Position numbers and translations under genes: made by a program
Shown here: piece after piece, positions 49,222 to 59,074 of the stretch
Position numbering within the stretch: position 1 is the stretch's first letter
Layout: each line of letters begins with the position of its first letter
From: a virus
Taxonomy: Duplodnaviria > Caudoviricetes
Direction: 5' to 3' (one strand)
Virus record (IMG/VR): IMGVR_UViG_2623621019_000004
Span: 5,054 to 69,053 of that record
DNA: 64,000 nt
The notes under the pieces: generated by a model
Database searches by the model: none
What the model was told of the DNA's origin: nothing
Seen by the model: only the letters and a program-made list of their open reading frames with translations

Positions 49222-49709
49222 GGAAGCTTGTATTTTTCATGCTATTGCTTGTAGCTTGTGTGTTTAACGGCTGCAGGACACAGAAGGTCTTTGAGCGGAT
49301 TGATACCAGAGATTCATTCCTGACAGAGCGCGTCGAAAGTATCGTGTACGTACAAGTGCCTGTAGAGTTTGAGATTCCAGCTCAGACGGCCTCGATTGTG
49401 ACGATGGATAGCACAAGCCATCTTGAGACAGATTTCGCTATCAGCGATGCAAAACTAAGCTGGCGCGATGGTGTGCCGTATCTGTTTCATTCGCTGGAGA
49501 ATAAACCTCAGAAGATAAACAAGGACGTGACCATCCCTGTGAGGCATATCAGGTTGAAATACTACAAGACTGTTTATCGTACGAGGTACAGGGAGAAAGT
49601 CATCGAGAAGCAGCTAACGCTATACCAACGAGCGGTACTGAATTTTGCTCCTTGGATTATCATCGGTCTGCTGATATGGCTTGTAATAATAAGGCTACGG
49701 AAGGGGTAA
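49218..49709 (+). CDS. Probable unimolecular spanin
   Basis: N-terminal lipoprotein signal (..FNGC) plus C-terminal TM helix; follows endolysin. Confidence 0.65.
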   Translation: MRKLVFFMLLLVACVFNGCRTQKVFERIDTRDSFLTERVESIVYVQVPVEFEIPAQTASIVTMDSTSHLETDFAISDAKLSWRDGVPYLFHSLENKPQKINKDVTIPVRHIRLKYYKTVYRTRYREKVIEKQLTLYQRAVLNFAPWIIIGLLIWLVIIRLRKG

Positions 49710-49714
49710 ATAAA

Positions 49715-49738
49715 TGGGGAGGGCAAACACCCTCCCCT
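49715..49738. terminator. Hairpin between convergent genes
   Basis: GGGGAGGG-CAAACA-CCCTCCCC. Confidence 0.7.
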
Positions 49739-49748
49739 TGTTCTATTA

Positions 49749-50774
49749 TTATCTTACGGATTTAATTCTAATATGAGTAGGTCGTCCTCTGCCATCTGCT
49801 TTCAAATACACTTTACGTATAGAATTAGGTTTTAATTTAATAGAGGTAGAATAATCATCATGAACACCAGGAAGATACTCTGAACGTTCTCCATCGCTGT
49901 ATATGATTTCTCCATCGCTCCAACCATCCTGAAACAAACTTACAGTGACAATCACATCATAATTATTTCGATTTCGGAGTTGAACCATAGCATGTGAAAT
50001 GGCTAAAGCCCCAAGTGTTCCCCATTCAACAATTTCTACATTACCCTTTGATGTGTTTGCTTCTTGAGCAGCTTTTCTGTCTTTCTCTAAATTTCTTTGA
50101 TAATCAGCATCATCAATAGCTTTTGCACCAGTCCATATAGCCGCACCAATAGCTGCTAGAACAGCTATACCACCTGCGGCATTTATTGTTGTACCTCTTT
50201 GGGCGGTAGCGGATTTCCTATCATAACCATAATTATCGCCAGTACGACCAGAGTAACTGAAAAATTTAGAGCCATAGCTTCGAGATAGTGGTGTTACTCC
50301 TTCTTTTTTTCTTCCATATTCTCCAACCGCTTTAAGAGTTGCAAAAAGTTCTCCCTGTTTTACCTTCCAAGTATTCTTAAATTCTCCATTCTGTATATAT
50401 GAGTATTCTGTGTTTTCTGGTTCATCATAGTAATATTGAAAGTGATAACCACTGTATAGTCGGTCATTTCTAAAATATCCAATATCATCTTCCGCAGATT
50501 TTTCTCTAAAGTTTCTACGCTGACACCAGCCATTGAATTTTCCGTTGGCATCTGTCTTTCCTATCCAATAATCTTCGTAAGATATATCTTTTTTTGTCCC
50601 CCACATCCTATACATATAGGTATACAACGGATTATTATTTGTGTATGTTGTGTTGGGTTTTGGGGGATTGCTGTATTTTTGAGCCATACAAGCAGTAGAC
50701 AATAACAGAGCTAACAATAACATGATTGTTGGCAATTCTCTTTTTCTTAATCTTTTGACTAATAGTTCCATCAT
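49749..50774 (-). CDS. Exported/membrane hypothetical protein (moron)
   Basis: Signal-like N-terminus, internal TM helix, AT-rich; -7 box TAACTTTG at 50881-50888. Confidence 0.75.
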   Translation of the reverse strand: MMELLVKRLRKRELPTIMLLLALLLSTACMAQKYSNPPKPNTTYTNNNPLYTYMYRMWGTKKDISYEDYWIGKTDANGKFNGWCQRRNFREKSAEDDIGYFRNDRLYSGYHFQYYYDEPENTEYSYIQNGEFKNTWKVKQGELFATLKAVGEYGRKKEGVTPLSRSYGSKFFSYSGRTGDNYGYDRKSATAQRGTTINAAGGIAVLAAIGAAIWTGAKAIDDADYQRNLEKDRKAAQEANTSKGNVEIVEWGTLGALAISHAMVQLRNRNNYDVIVTVSLFQDGWSDGEIIYSDGERSEYLPGVHDDYSTSIKLKPNSIRKVYLKADGRGRPTHIRIKSVR

Positions 50775-50982
50775 AATTCGATTGTTTTAAGTTAATAATA
50801 GAGCGGCTCATCCTCGCGAACGAGCCGCGCATGCGTTTTGTTTAACCCGCTTATATGAGAAAAAACTCATTAAGCTATGGCAAAGTTACGAAATCTTTCT
50901 TAACCTCCAAACTTTTATCGGGAAAAATGCAAAAAAACATGGGCTATCCACGTTATTTCGCGCTTCAAGCCCATGAAAATGG

Positions 50983-51148
50983 AAGAGGATGTTCCAGATT
51001 TGAGTGTACGATTTGCTCTTTATTACTTCCCCAGTCTTACGATGTGGGGCATCCTCTTATGGTGTAAAAGGGATGGTGACCCGTCTTGAAAGCATCTTAA
51101 CAGATGAGAGTTCAACGTCCTCTGCCTTACGGAAAGAGGCATCCCTTT
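50983..51148 (-). ncRNA. Tandem pair of multi-stem RNA structures (unknown class)
   Basis: Two units closed by 9-bp stems (50983-51058, 51067-51148), each GGAUG-CC..stem with a C-GUAA-G tetraloop. Confidence 0.45.
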
Positions 51149-51153
51149 GTTGT

Positions 51154-51279
51154 TTATTTCTGATTGGCCTTAATCCTATCTCGATTGACCAACACGATCT
51201 TGAGCATATAGCCGGCCAACATGCCGATTGCAAAGATGCCGACAGCCCAAAGTACCTGATGAAACGATGATGTATCCAT
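51154..51279 (-). CDS. Small single-TM peptide (41 aa)
   Basis: Read manually: MDTSSFHQVLWAVGIFAIGMLAGYMLKIVLVNRDRIKANQK. Confidence 0.55.
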   Translation of the reverse strand: MDTSSFHQVLWAVGIFAIGMLAGYMLKIVLVNRDRIKANQK

Positions 51280-51284
51280 ACCTT

Positions 51285-51725
51285 TTATATTTTTATTTTG
51301 TTAGGTGGGTAAGCAACGCCGTGCTCATATAGCAAATCCTGCAGCACACTGATATATTCATTCTGCTTTTCAGCTATGCTCTTGAATTTTGATACTGTAT
51401 CATTTGCGAGCAACGAAGATACCATGCGAGACTCAAGAATCGCCGATTGGCTCTTGGTTTGCTTACAATGTTTGAGTTCCTGCTCTAATTGCATGATTCT
51501 TACTCGCGCCTCTTTCAGCTTATTCTTATACTCTGTTGCATTCTCTTGAACTTGCTTGGCGTGAATGTAAAACCTCGCCCATTTATCTTGGTCATTTCTA
51601 TAAGCCTTGAGGATGTACTTCATTCTTACCTCGAAAGGAATCTCGTCATCATCCAGTATATATTTGTGACTGATGGTCTCGTATTCGCTCTCTTCTTCAA
51701 TGCTTGAATTATATTGCTCTTTCAT
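51285..51725 (-). CDS. Hypothetical coiled-coil protein
   Basis: 146-aa ORF in operon with Nudix. Confidence 0.7.
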   Translation of the reverse strand: MKEQYNSSIEEESEYETISHKYILDDDEIPFEVRMKYILKAYRNDQDKWARFYIHAKQVQENATEYKNKLKEARVRIMQLEQELKHCKQTKSQSAILESRMVSSLLANDTVSKFKSIAEKQNEYISVLQDLLYEHGVAYPPNKIKI

Positions 51726-51731
51726 TGATAA

Positions 51732-52193
51732 TTACTTGTTAGAAACTTTCTCTATAGGGTTGACAACACGGGCATAAAGCCTAACGGCATCTCGAACTAT
51801 ATCATAATGGTCGAAAGCCAAATGTGGTAAATCTGTTATTGGGAACCACTGAGCATCTGCAGCATCATCCCGTCCTTCTACTTTAAATGGCTCAGGAACG
51901 ATGAATAGATAAGCTGCTGTGATAACACGGGTGCGAGGATCGCGGCTGACTCCAGAGTAAGCACCTACCTGATAACACTCTGAGAGCTGGAGACCAGTCT
52001 CTTCTTTAAGTTCACGGATAGCGCACTGGTCAAGGGTTTCGTCCATTTCCATGAATCCTCCTGGCAAAGCCCAACTACCCTTGAAAGGATTGTTACCTCT
52101 TTGAATGAACAGAACCTTTGGAAGCGGTTCGTTTGTTATAACCACGCAGTCAGCTGTGACTGCTGGTCGTGGATATTCATAATTGTATGCCAT
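51732..52193 (-). CDS. Nudix hydrolase (ADP-ribose pyrophosphatase/NrtR-N-like)
   Basis: WALPGG...ETLDQCAIRELKEETGL Nudix box, RDPR, LAFDH. Confidence 0.92.
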   Translation of the reverse strand: MAYNYEYPRPAVTADCVVITNEPLPKVLFIQRGNNPFKGSWALPGGFMEMDETLDQCAIRELKEETGLQLSECYQVGAYSGVSRDPRTRVITAAYLFIVPEPFKVEGRDDAADAQWFPITDLPHLAFDHYDIVRDAVRLYARVVNPIEKVSNK

Positions 52194-52374
52194 TGTATTT
52201 TGGTCTATTAATTAATCAGGCACAAAGGTATATAATTCCACTCAAACTACCAAGGGATTTTGAGGAAAATGCATAAAAAAGGGGAAGAGTATTCCGAGTA
52301 CTCTTCCCCAAGGCTTGTCCTCTAAATCAAACCATACGTTTTACACATCGTTCAAACTGCCACTATTGTTTTAT

Positions 52375-54084
52375 TTATTGTATAGCCAACCAATTATTAA
52401 CAGTCTCTGTAATTCTATCGTACCAATCCCTATCCGTTGCATCATTCATAATGCATTCTTTAGCATACGCTTGGGACTTTTCGAATAATTTTCTAATATC
52501 TTGAGGTGTAGGTTTGTTTGGAGCTTCAACAGCCTTCTTGAGCATAACTCTGAAAGTATCAAGAGTCATAGGAATTATATTGCACTTTCCTCCATACTCT
52601 ACAATATTTGAAACGAATAATGAGTAGAAGTGTCCTATAGTAGAAGTACTAATAGTAGGTGCTATGAAAAAACAGTATGTTGGCTTCTGATGTTTCTCCT
52701 TATGAATGCCTATATGTCTGGGTACAGGTTCGCCCTCCATTTTAAATTGCGTCTTTCCTGATGATGTTGTGACTTCTACAATAACATCAAAGTCTCCGTA
52801 GTCACACTCAATATCGGCCATATTACCCATTGCTGTACTCATAGGCATGCCTGAATCGTCAAACTTTAGGTTTGCTTTAATTTCTCCACCATCAAGCATC
52901 GTCATAGCTCGCCAAGTGTTCCATTCAAAGAACAATGGTTCATCGTATGACTGGTGCATAGTTTTAAATGTCTCTTCAATCTGCTCATAGTCTTTATATG
53001 ACTTGAGTACCTTTACCTGCTCTTCGATTTTTTCGTTACGCCTCTCTTCTCGTTTTTGGTTCAGAACGTCTTTAAGGCGGTTCAACGATAATGATTTATC
53101 AACATCATAATTAAACTTTTGCTTGAGTTCATTTATGATTGCAGATTCGTTATCAGAAAGCAGTTTCGGGATAGAGGGATTCCACAAGTATTCTTCGTAA
53201 CGTTCTTGGTCTTTTACGAAGCATGGTTCTCTTGGAATTGTTCTAAGGAAATAGTCTACGTCTCCTTGACGCTCAGGGAGGATCGATAGAGTTTTTCCAA
53301 TAGCAGATGCATGAACCAAACCTGTCGAACGCAAATTTCTAACGGCAGCATCTGCGTAATCCCTTAGATTACTAATCTTCGTCTCAAGATATTCTTCTTT
53401 TGTTTTCGTTTTCTTGCCGTTTTCTCTAATTTGCAAGGCTCCACGTTCGATTTCTTGTGCATATATGATTGAAGCTTCACGGTAGAAAAGTTCTTTTTTA
53501 AATAACTTAAGTTTACCTTTGTGAGCTGCGCATTCTTCTCTGTAGCGTTTTATCTTAGACAGTATAGTATCGTATCGCTGGTAATTGACGAGTTGCATAG
53601 CGAATATATGCAACTCATCAAATGCCAGTTCTCCCAAATCTCTAATCAACCTAAATAATTCCAAGTATGGCTTAACATAATAATCTGTAGCGTTTTTCCC
53701 CAGAGGGTGATATGGAGAGGGATATTGCAGCTTTAGCATTTGTCTTAATAGGATTTCCTCTTTGTTGTTTGTTTCGATGAACTCCCTGCCGACTGAGGTC
53801 AGACCTATTATCGGTAGTCTCACAAACCCTAACGCCTTTGGTAATCTGTTGATTCTATCTCTACCTGCAAAAGCCTTATCTTTAGCTTCATTTCCCTCGA
53901 AAAAACTTTCTTCTCTAAGGAGTTCGTAGAATCGTAACTGGGTATTCTTATCCCATGTTTGGCCGTGGAGTTTCTCGTTCCACAGCTTTATTTCTGGGAT
54001 AGCCTTAAAAGGTGTCCTCGGTGAAGTTATGAAAAACAATGCTTGACCTTGGATGGGTCTGCTTCTGACTGTTTTAGATGCCAT
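52375..54084 (-). CDS. Type IIS restriction endonuclease, AlwI family (MlyI/PleI-like)
   Basis: TSPRT...RDRI.R.PKALGF...LQYPSPYH N-terminus; ADI..VEVT..EGEPV.RH catalytic region. Confidence 0.85.
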   Translation of the reverse strand: MASKTVRSRPIQGQALFFITSPRTPFKAIPEIKLWNEKLHGQTWDKNTQLRFYELLREESFFEGNEAKDKAFAGRDRINRLPKALGFVRLPIIGLTSVGREFIETNNKEEILLRQMLKLQYPSPYHPLGKNATDYYVKPYLELFRLIRDLGELAFDELHIFAMQLVNYQRYDTILSKIKRYREECAAHKGKLKLFKKELFYREASIIYAQEIERGALQIRENGKKTKTKEEYLETKISNLRDYADAAVRNLRSTGLVHASAIGKTLSILPERQGDVDYFLRTIPREPCFVKDQERYEEYLWNPSIPKLLSDNESAIINELKQKFNYDVDKSLSLNRLKDVLNQKREERRNEKIEEQVKVLKSYKDYEQIEETFKTMHQSYDEPLFFEWNTWRAMTMLDGGEIKANLKFDDSGMPMSTAMGNMADIECDYGDFDVIVEVTTSSGKTQFKMEGEPVPRHIGIHKEKHQKPTYCFFIAPTISTSTIGHFYSLFVSNIVEYGGKCNIIPMTLDTFRVMLKKAVEAPNKPTPQDIRKLFEKSQAYAKECIMNDATDRDWYDRITETVNNWLAIQ

Positions 54085-54931
54085 AATTTGTTACTACAAT
54101 GTGTTGTGCTGCTGCTTGGAATCGATTACGAATGTTTACAGAGTATTGTTTACCGTATTCGGCTACGATATTCCCACCATACAATTCGCGTGTCAATGGG
54201 GTTGCACCTATAACCATCATTGCATGGCAACCTAAGTTATAGAAATCCTGTGCCAGCATTCTGTGATTTGCTTCATTAAAACCATCCCGATACTCTTCAT
54301 TTCCATAATCAGAAAAGACACAGTCATAGGGAGGGTCTAAGAACATAAAATCATCGGGCTGCGCCATGTCAAAGATTGCGTGATAATCACCGTTATGTAT
54401 CTGCGCTCTCTGCAATAGGTTGCTGTGTTGCTCTGTGATTATACCAGTATTAAAATTCTTATATCTGCCATAAGGTACGTTATATTCACCTCTTGCATTA
54501 AATCGAATCATGCCTGAGTACGCTGTTTTGTTTATGAAATAATACAGTGCTGCATCAGAATACTCTGCATCGATTAACCCATTATACATGTTTCTAAGAT
54601 TGTAATATAATGGTTCGTTTGCATCCTCTACTCTTTCCGTCGGGTGCTGTGCCTTTAATTCGTCAAAGGCCGCTCTATTTGCTGTATAGATTTCCTCTAA
54701 ACGTCTCAATTCGTCTCTCAGCTGAGGATAATTCTGCTGTACAGCAGTATAGAAGTTCATGAGCCTTGCATTAATATCGTTGATGATAGCATTATGTGGC
54801 TCAAGATGAAAATAAACTGCACCACCACCAAAAAATGGTTCAATGTACCGACCTGCATAGTTCGGTATATATTGAATAAACTGTGGTATTTCTTTTGATT
54901 TACCACCTCTGTACTTTATTATCGGTTTCAT
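54074..54931 (-). CDS. Dam-family N6-adenine methyltransferase (M.BstNBI/M.PleI-like)
   Basis: KYRGGK, EPFFGGG, DPPY, INKTAYSGMIR, YSVNIRNRF. Confidence 0.9.
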   Translation of the reverse strand: MKPIIKYRGGKSKEIPQFIQYIPNYAGRYIEPFFGGGAVYFHLEPHNAIINDINARLMNFYTAVQQNYPQLRDELRRLEEIYTANRAAFDELKAQHPTERVEDANEPLYYNLRNMYNGLIDAEYSDAALYYFINKTAYSGMIRFNARGEYNVPYGRYKNFNTGIITEQHSNLLQRAQIHNGDYHAIFDMAQPDDFMFLDPPYDCVFSDYGNEEYRDGFNEANHRMLAQDFYNLGCHAMMVIGATPLTRELYGGNIVAEYGKQYSVNIRNRFQAAAQHIVVTNYGI

Positions 54932-55047
54932 ATCGCCTGCAAAGTTAATTATTATTTCTGAATTATAAGTATTTTAGAAAAAAAATGAGAGAAAAATCAG
55001 CCTATCAAAAAAGATAGGCCGATTATTCTAAATGACTGGCAATTCTG

Positions 55048-55620
55048 TTAATACAAAATAGGGAGTCTCACAAAATGTTCATTCTCAGGAGTTTTGAAAG
55101 TCTTGTCCCATTTGCGGCCAATAACATCCCATGAACTATCCAAGTGGAGATTATATGCATCCTTTACCCTCTCCCAACTCTCTACCTGCTCGTCGAAAAC
55201 ATAAAGACGGTTGGACATATTGCGGCTTGTTGATATTTCAGAGAGAATCTTATTGGCAGCAAATTCTGCAAACGCAACCCATTCACTAAGACCTTTTGGC
55301 GATACACTAAAGCCATTAATATACTTAGACAAATCACACCAAGAGTATTCTTGAATCTTTTTTAGTCGTTGCCCGCTTGTATACACGTATAATTTCTTGA
55401 TGTTAGGGTACTGCGTGCGGATTCTGCGAGCAAGAGTATAAAGCTGCTCATACCCTAAAAGCAGCGGCTCGCCACCAGTGAGGCAGACGGTGTCGGCCTC
55501 GCGTAGATTATCTGGAGTAACTGCTGGCAACTTGTCTAAGTCGTAGAGTTTGTTACAACATACTGGGCACTTATGATCGCAAGTGCGAGTAACTAAAATG
55601 TGGTATACTTGTTCTGTCAT
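55048..55620 (-). CDS. Radical SAM protein
   Basis: CDHKCPVC (CxxxCxxC) and LTGGEP. Confidence 0.85.
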   Translation of the reverse strand: MTEQVYHILVTRTCDHKCPVCCNKLYDLDKLPAVTPDNLREADTVCLTGGEPLLLGYEQLYTLARRIRTQYPNIKKLYVYTSGQRLKKIQEYSWCDLSKYINGFSVSPKGLSEWVAFAEFAANKILSEISTSRNMSNRLYVFDEQVESWERVKDAYNLHLDSSWDVIGRKWDKTFKTPENEHFVRLPILY

Positions 55621-55910
55621 TTTCTTGCTTTATCTAATCGTTCTTTGATATATTTCATCATTTTTTTATGGTAGGCAATGCGCTGTTCCAAAATATCCTC
55701 AATCTTATAGTCCTGCTGCCATTCGTCTGTATTAAGCATCTTGGGAATATACTGCTTGAATGCATCTTGGCTAAGCGTGTCAAGCAGTAGCACATATTTG
55801 TCGTTGTGAGGATGAATCATTAGAAACTCCCATTGGTCAACTCTTTCTCCCCTAAAGTGGACGATCGTGTCACCCTGCTTCAATCCATTAATGTCTATAA
55901 TCTGTTTCAT
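55617..55910 (-). CDS. Hypothetical protein
   Basis: Coupled ORF in operon. Confidence 0.7.
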   Translation of the reverse strand: MKQIIDINGLKQGDTIVHFRGERVDQWEFLMIHPHNDKYVLLLDTLSQDAFKQYIPKMLNTDEWQQDYKIEDILEQRIAYHKKMMKYIKERLDKARK

Positions 55911-55915
55911 ACTGT

Positions 55916-56494
55916 TTAATACTTTTTGTTTCCGTGTTTATAAGGACGGAATTGGTTGTACGCCATCTTCAGCTTAATGTGTAGCTGGAGACTGATGCCA
56001 AGGCTTTCTGCCCAATCATTTACATAGGCAATGCTCTCACGTATCGAATACTGGTCCCAATTCAGGTGCTTTGATGTTAATTTCCAAGCAGTCTCGGTGA
56101 AAGATTTCTTCTCGCTGAACTTGCTTGGTGTAGCAAGCCATTCCATGTCATTGCCGTAGATTGCTTGAGACATATCGAGCAAGCGGATGACTACATCAGC
56201 AAGCTCATCTTCTACTGTGTCTTTGATATTCTCTGAAAAAGCCAGAATCCATGTTTCCTCATGGCCTTTCTTTGGCATGATAGTCTTTGCACCGTTCATG
56301 AACTTGTCAAGCTGTGCTCTTTTCCCCTTTCTATCAGCATTAATTGCCTCTGAGACCTCTGTCATTATGAGGCATAGCCAATGCTGAGGAGACTGATACT
56401 GCTCATGCCATCCGTGTTCTTTTGCATTAGCATATACATCCTTTGATAACAATCCTAATTTTTTGGCATCTGTTGTACTTAATCCAATCGTCAT
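55916..56494 (-). CDS. MazG-like nucleotide pyrophosphohydrolase
   Basis: EVSEA...EDELADVVIRLLD...KMAYN..RPYKHG. Confidence 0.8.
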   Translation of the reverse strand: MTIGLSTTDAKKLGLLSKDVYANAKEHGWHEQYQSPQHWLCLIMTEVSEAINADRKGKRAQLDKFMNGAKTIMPKKGHEETWILAFSENIKDTVEDELADVVIRLLDMSQAIYGNDMEWLATPSKFSEKKSFTETAWKLTSKHLNWDQYSIRESIAYVNDWAESLGISLQLHIKLKMAYNQFRPYKHGNKKY

Positions 56495-56548
56495 ATTCTT
56501 TCTTTTTTTGATAGTAAATGAAGTTATAAAAGTGTTATGTAAGTTGTC

Positions 56549-57172
56549 TTATTTTCCTGCTTTCTCGCTTTCTACGAGACTAAGATACTCTGCGTAGGTC
56601 ATCACGCCTACCTTTTCTTTTTCTGCGTCCTCGCGCTTCTTCTCAAGGTCATAATAGTCTATCATTGTGTTGCGGTCTTTGACGAACTGCTGCAATGCGC
56701 TTGTAATCACCATCGGGTCAACCGTGCCGTAGAACCTGCCATATTTGCCAGTCTTGAACTTGTAGAAGAACAGCAACATCTCGGTAATCTTGAGATACTT
56801 GTATTCGGTCGAAATGACACGGGCCAGTCCTAATTGCTGCTGTGCGGTCAAGTTCTTGGCTCCCGTAAAGAGTGCCAGGTCGGCAATCTGCGGTAACAGC
56901 CACTCGACTGAGAAGTCCTTGCCATATCCCGAATCAATATCCCTGAGCGTTGGATAATCGCCTAAGATGGCTGCTTTTGGTTTTGCTGCAAAGGCTATTT
57001 GTGCATCGGGGTTAACCTTGACCAAGAATGATGCTTCATTACCGAACCGCTGCACGACAAGCTCTCCTCTCTTCTCCAAGATGCTCGATAAGTCTGAGCG
57101 TTTGGAGCTGTAACTCGCTGTCGGAAGGGCTTGTTTGAGTATTGTACTGAGTGCTTTGACTTGCTGTGCCAT
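56549..57172 (-). CDS. Replication-associated protein (DUF6633-like, helicase-loader position)
   Basis: LKITEMLLFF..FK.GKYG.FYG..DP..I motif; follows initiator. Confidence 0.6.
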   Translation of the reverse strand: MAQQVKALSTILKQALPTASYSSKRSDLSSILEKRGELVVQRFGNEASFLVKVNPDAQIAFAAKPKAAILGDYPTLRDIDSGYGKDFSVEWLLPQIADLALFTGAKNLTAQQQLGLARVISTEYKYLKITEMLLFFYKFKTGKYGRFYGTVDPMVITSALQQFVKDRNTMIDYYDLEKKREDAEKEKVGVMTYAEYLSLVESEKAGK

Positions 57173-57956
57173 AATTGTTTTGTTTTAATTCGAAGATACC
57201 TGCCCAGTTATTGACGTAGCTTTGCTCTACAATCTGTTTGGCTATGGCAGGGTCGTTATTGCTTAATTTGCAGAGATGGCCATAGAACATCTTGAGACCT
57301 CTCGGAGAATATTTCTTCTCCCTACGCTCTTTCTTGTAGTTGAGCCAGTCGAATACTACCTCCAAGAGTGCTTTATCCATGTTGGAGAAGTCGTAATCCT
57401 CATATCCCTTTGGGGGATTAAGGGGGTTATTTTCTTCTTTCTTCTCTATAGACATAGATATAGATAAATCATTCATATATGCGCGCGAAGCTGTCTCGGT
57501 TGGTGTCTCGATAGGTGTCTCGGTTGGTGTCCCGCTGACCACCCGCAAACCCCTGAATTTATCAGGGTTTTGGTGTCTCGCAAGTGTCTCGGTTGGTGTC
57601 TCGGTTAGTGTCTCGCTTTGCATTTTGGGGGCATCATCTTCATCAACACCGAAGTCGATAATCGTAACGATTGTCATCGACCTTGAAGCCTCGATTTTGA
57701 TGTAGCCTTTCTTTACGAGAGCGGCCAAGAATCTTTCAACCTTTGACTTTGTCCACATCCATCTCTCAGCAAGTGAGCGAACGGACATGGCAAGCTGATT
57801 TCGCCTAATCACAGTTCCATCAGCCTCGATTCTGTCCTGAATGCAAGCAGAGGTGTAGATGTCGGTAACGGCATCAAGCTCACTGTACACGCGCTTGGTG
57901 TTCCACTGCTTATCTTCGAACAATCGCCTTGGTATTCTAACAAATCCCTTACACAT
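57039..57956 (-). CDS. Phage replication initiator (lambda O-like)
   Basis: N-terminal wHTH (SVRSLAERWMW.KSKV.RFL), internal iterons, C-terminal W..YK.ER...QS..NNW.GIF. Confidence 0.8.
   Translation of the reverse strand: MCKGFVRIPRRLFEDKQWNTKRVYSELDAVTDIYTSACIQDRIEADGTVIRRNQLAMSVRSLAERWMWTKSKVERFLAALVKKGYIKIEASRSMTIVTIIDFGVDEDDAPKMQSETLTETPTETLARHQNPDKFRGLRVVSGTPTETPIETPTETASRAYMNDLSISMSIEKKEENNPLNPPKGYEDYDFSNMDKALLEVVFDWLNYKKERREKKYSPRGLKMFYGHLCKLSNNDPAIAKQIVEQSYVNNWAGIFELKQNNYGTASQSTQYNTQTSPSDSELQLQTLRLIEHLGEERRACRAAVR
57491..57616. repeat. Replication origin iterons (12-bp GGTGTCTCGGTT-type, two blocks of four)
   Basis: Tandem repeats encoding ETPT/ETLT within the initiator gene. Confidence 0.8.
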
Positions 57957-57959
57957 ATC

Positions 57960-58160
57960 TTATTTAGAGATTACAGAGTGATACATCAGGTTTGCATCTT
58001 TACACACATGGATGATTTCGTTCTCAGAGTTCTTGTCAACCATTCCAACGAAGTATAGCCCCTGCCCTATGGTTTTTTCGAAGAGCTTGGACTCAATAGA
58101 CCCAGCAGCCCATCGTTCGATGTACCCAAGGTCTCGCATGTTTTTGTTTTCTTTTGCCAT
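57960..58160 (-). CDS. Hypothetical protein
   Basis: 66-aa ORF in operon. Confidence 0.55.
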   Translation of the reverse strand: MAKENKNMRDLGYIERWAAGSIESKLFEKTIGQGLYFVGMVDKNSENEIIHVCKDANLMYHSVISK

Positions 58161-58332
58161 TGTATATCGTAGTATTTACAATTGTTATTATATGTATCGA
58201 GTTCCTGATATTCATCAGGGTGAGAGAGGGCAACGCCAAGATTGACGTTGGTGTAGTATGGACATACGTCACGATGCTGACATTTCTGCTCCATGTAGTT
58301 TATATCGAGACGCAGGCCAAAGCAGTACCCTA

Positions 58333-58755
58333 TCATTTGTAAGTCTGATAGAAAGCTTCGTAATACATGTCCTCTGGATCTGGCAACCTTATACCCATTT
58401 CTGTGAGGGCATCGGCTTGAACCTTATTGAGGAAGTCCGACATTGCGTCCTTCTTGAGTTTGGACGTGCCTTGAACTATCCACCTTTCAGTACCCATCCA
58501 CACAATGCGCTTGCGGAGGAACTTAGAGCAGTAATAGTCGTGAACATCCTGACTTGGTGTGCCAGTCTCAGTCTCGATACAATTGAACCACAGCCACATC
58601 AAAGAGTTTTGGTCAATGCTGCGTGGTTCTTTTTCTCGTGCAATGGTAATCGTATAACGGCCATTAGCGAGAGCGGCAAAGATGGCGGCAGACTCCTTGT
58701 CGAAGGAAACCTGCTCACCGTTCTTCGTTAGAGTGATTGTCTTTACCTTAGCCAT
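58333..58755 (-). CDS. NinB/Orf-like recombination accessory protein
   Basis: RSIDQNSLMWLW...TSKL...MSDFL motif. Confidence 0.7.
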   Translation of the reverse strand: MAKVKTITLTKNGEQVSFDKESAAIFAALANGRYTITIAREKEPRSIDQNSLMWLWFNCIETETGTPSQDVHDYYCSKFLRKRIVWMGTERWIVQGTSKLKKDAMSDFLNKVQADALTEMGIRLPDPEDMYYEAFYQTYK

Positions 58756-58758
58756 TAT

Positions 58759-59070
58759 TTAGAAAGGTAAATCGTCATCATTTGCAGGCTGGGCAGCATT
58801 AATTGCTTCCTGAGATGGAGTATTGCTCTGAGGAACATACTCCTTCATGTCACCACAGATGTAGTTAACACCCTCTTTGCGCTCGTCCTTGTTAGCAGGC
58901 TCGCAGCTCACAAAGTGAGTATGTCCGTACTTTCCAACCTCTTTACGAGCACATACCTTGATATTGAGGAACACGCGCTCTTTTCCGTCCTGACACTTTA
59001 CCTTTTTAAAAAGTTCCTTGGGAATGTCGCTCACACAAATTGAGCCATAAATCATGTTGCTATTTGCCAT
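58759..59070 (-). CDS. Single-stranded DNA-binding protein
   Basis: C-terminal DDDLPF tail; in recombination cluster. Confidence 0.7.
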   Translation of the reverse strand: MANSNMIYGSICVSDIPKELFKKVKCQDGKERVFLNIKVCARKEVGKYGHTHFVSCEPANKDERKEGVNYICGDMKEYVPQSNTPSQEAINAAQPANDDDLPF

Positions 59071-59074
59071 ATAT

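Noticed and set aside
51256-51265. CTGATGAAAC as a second hammerhead core
   Set aside because: No stem II between CUGAUGA and GAAA, and it lies in a probable small ORF on the other strand
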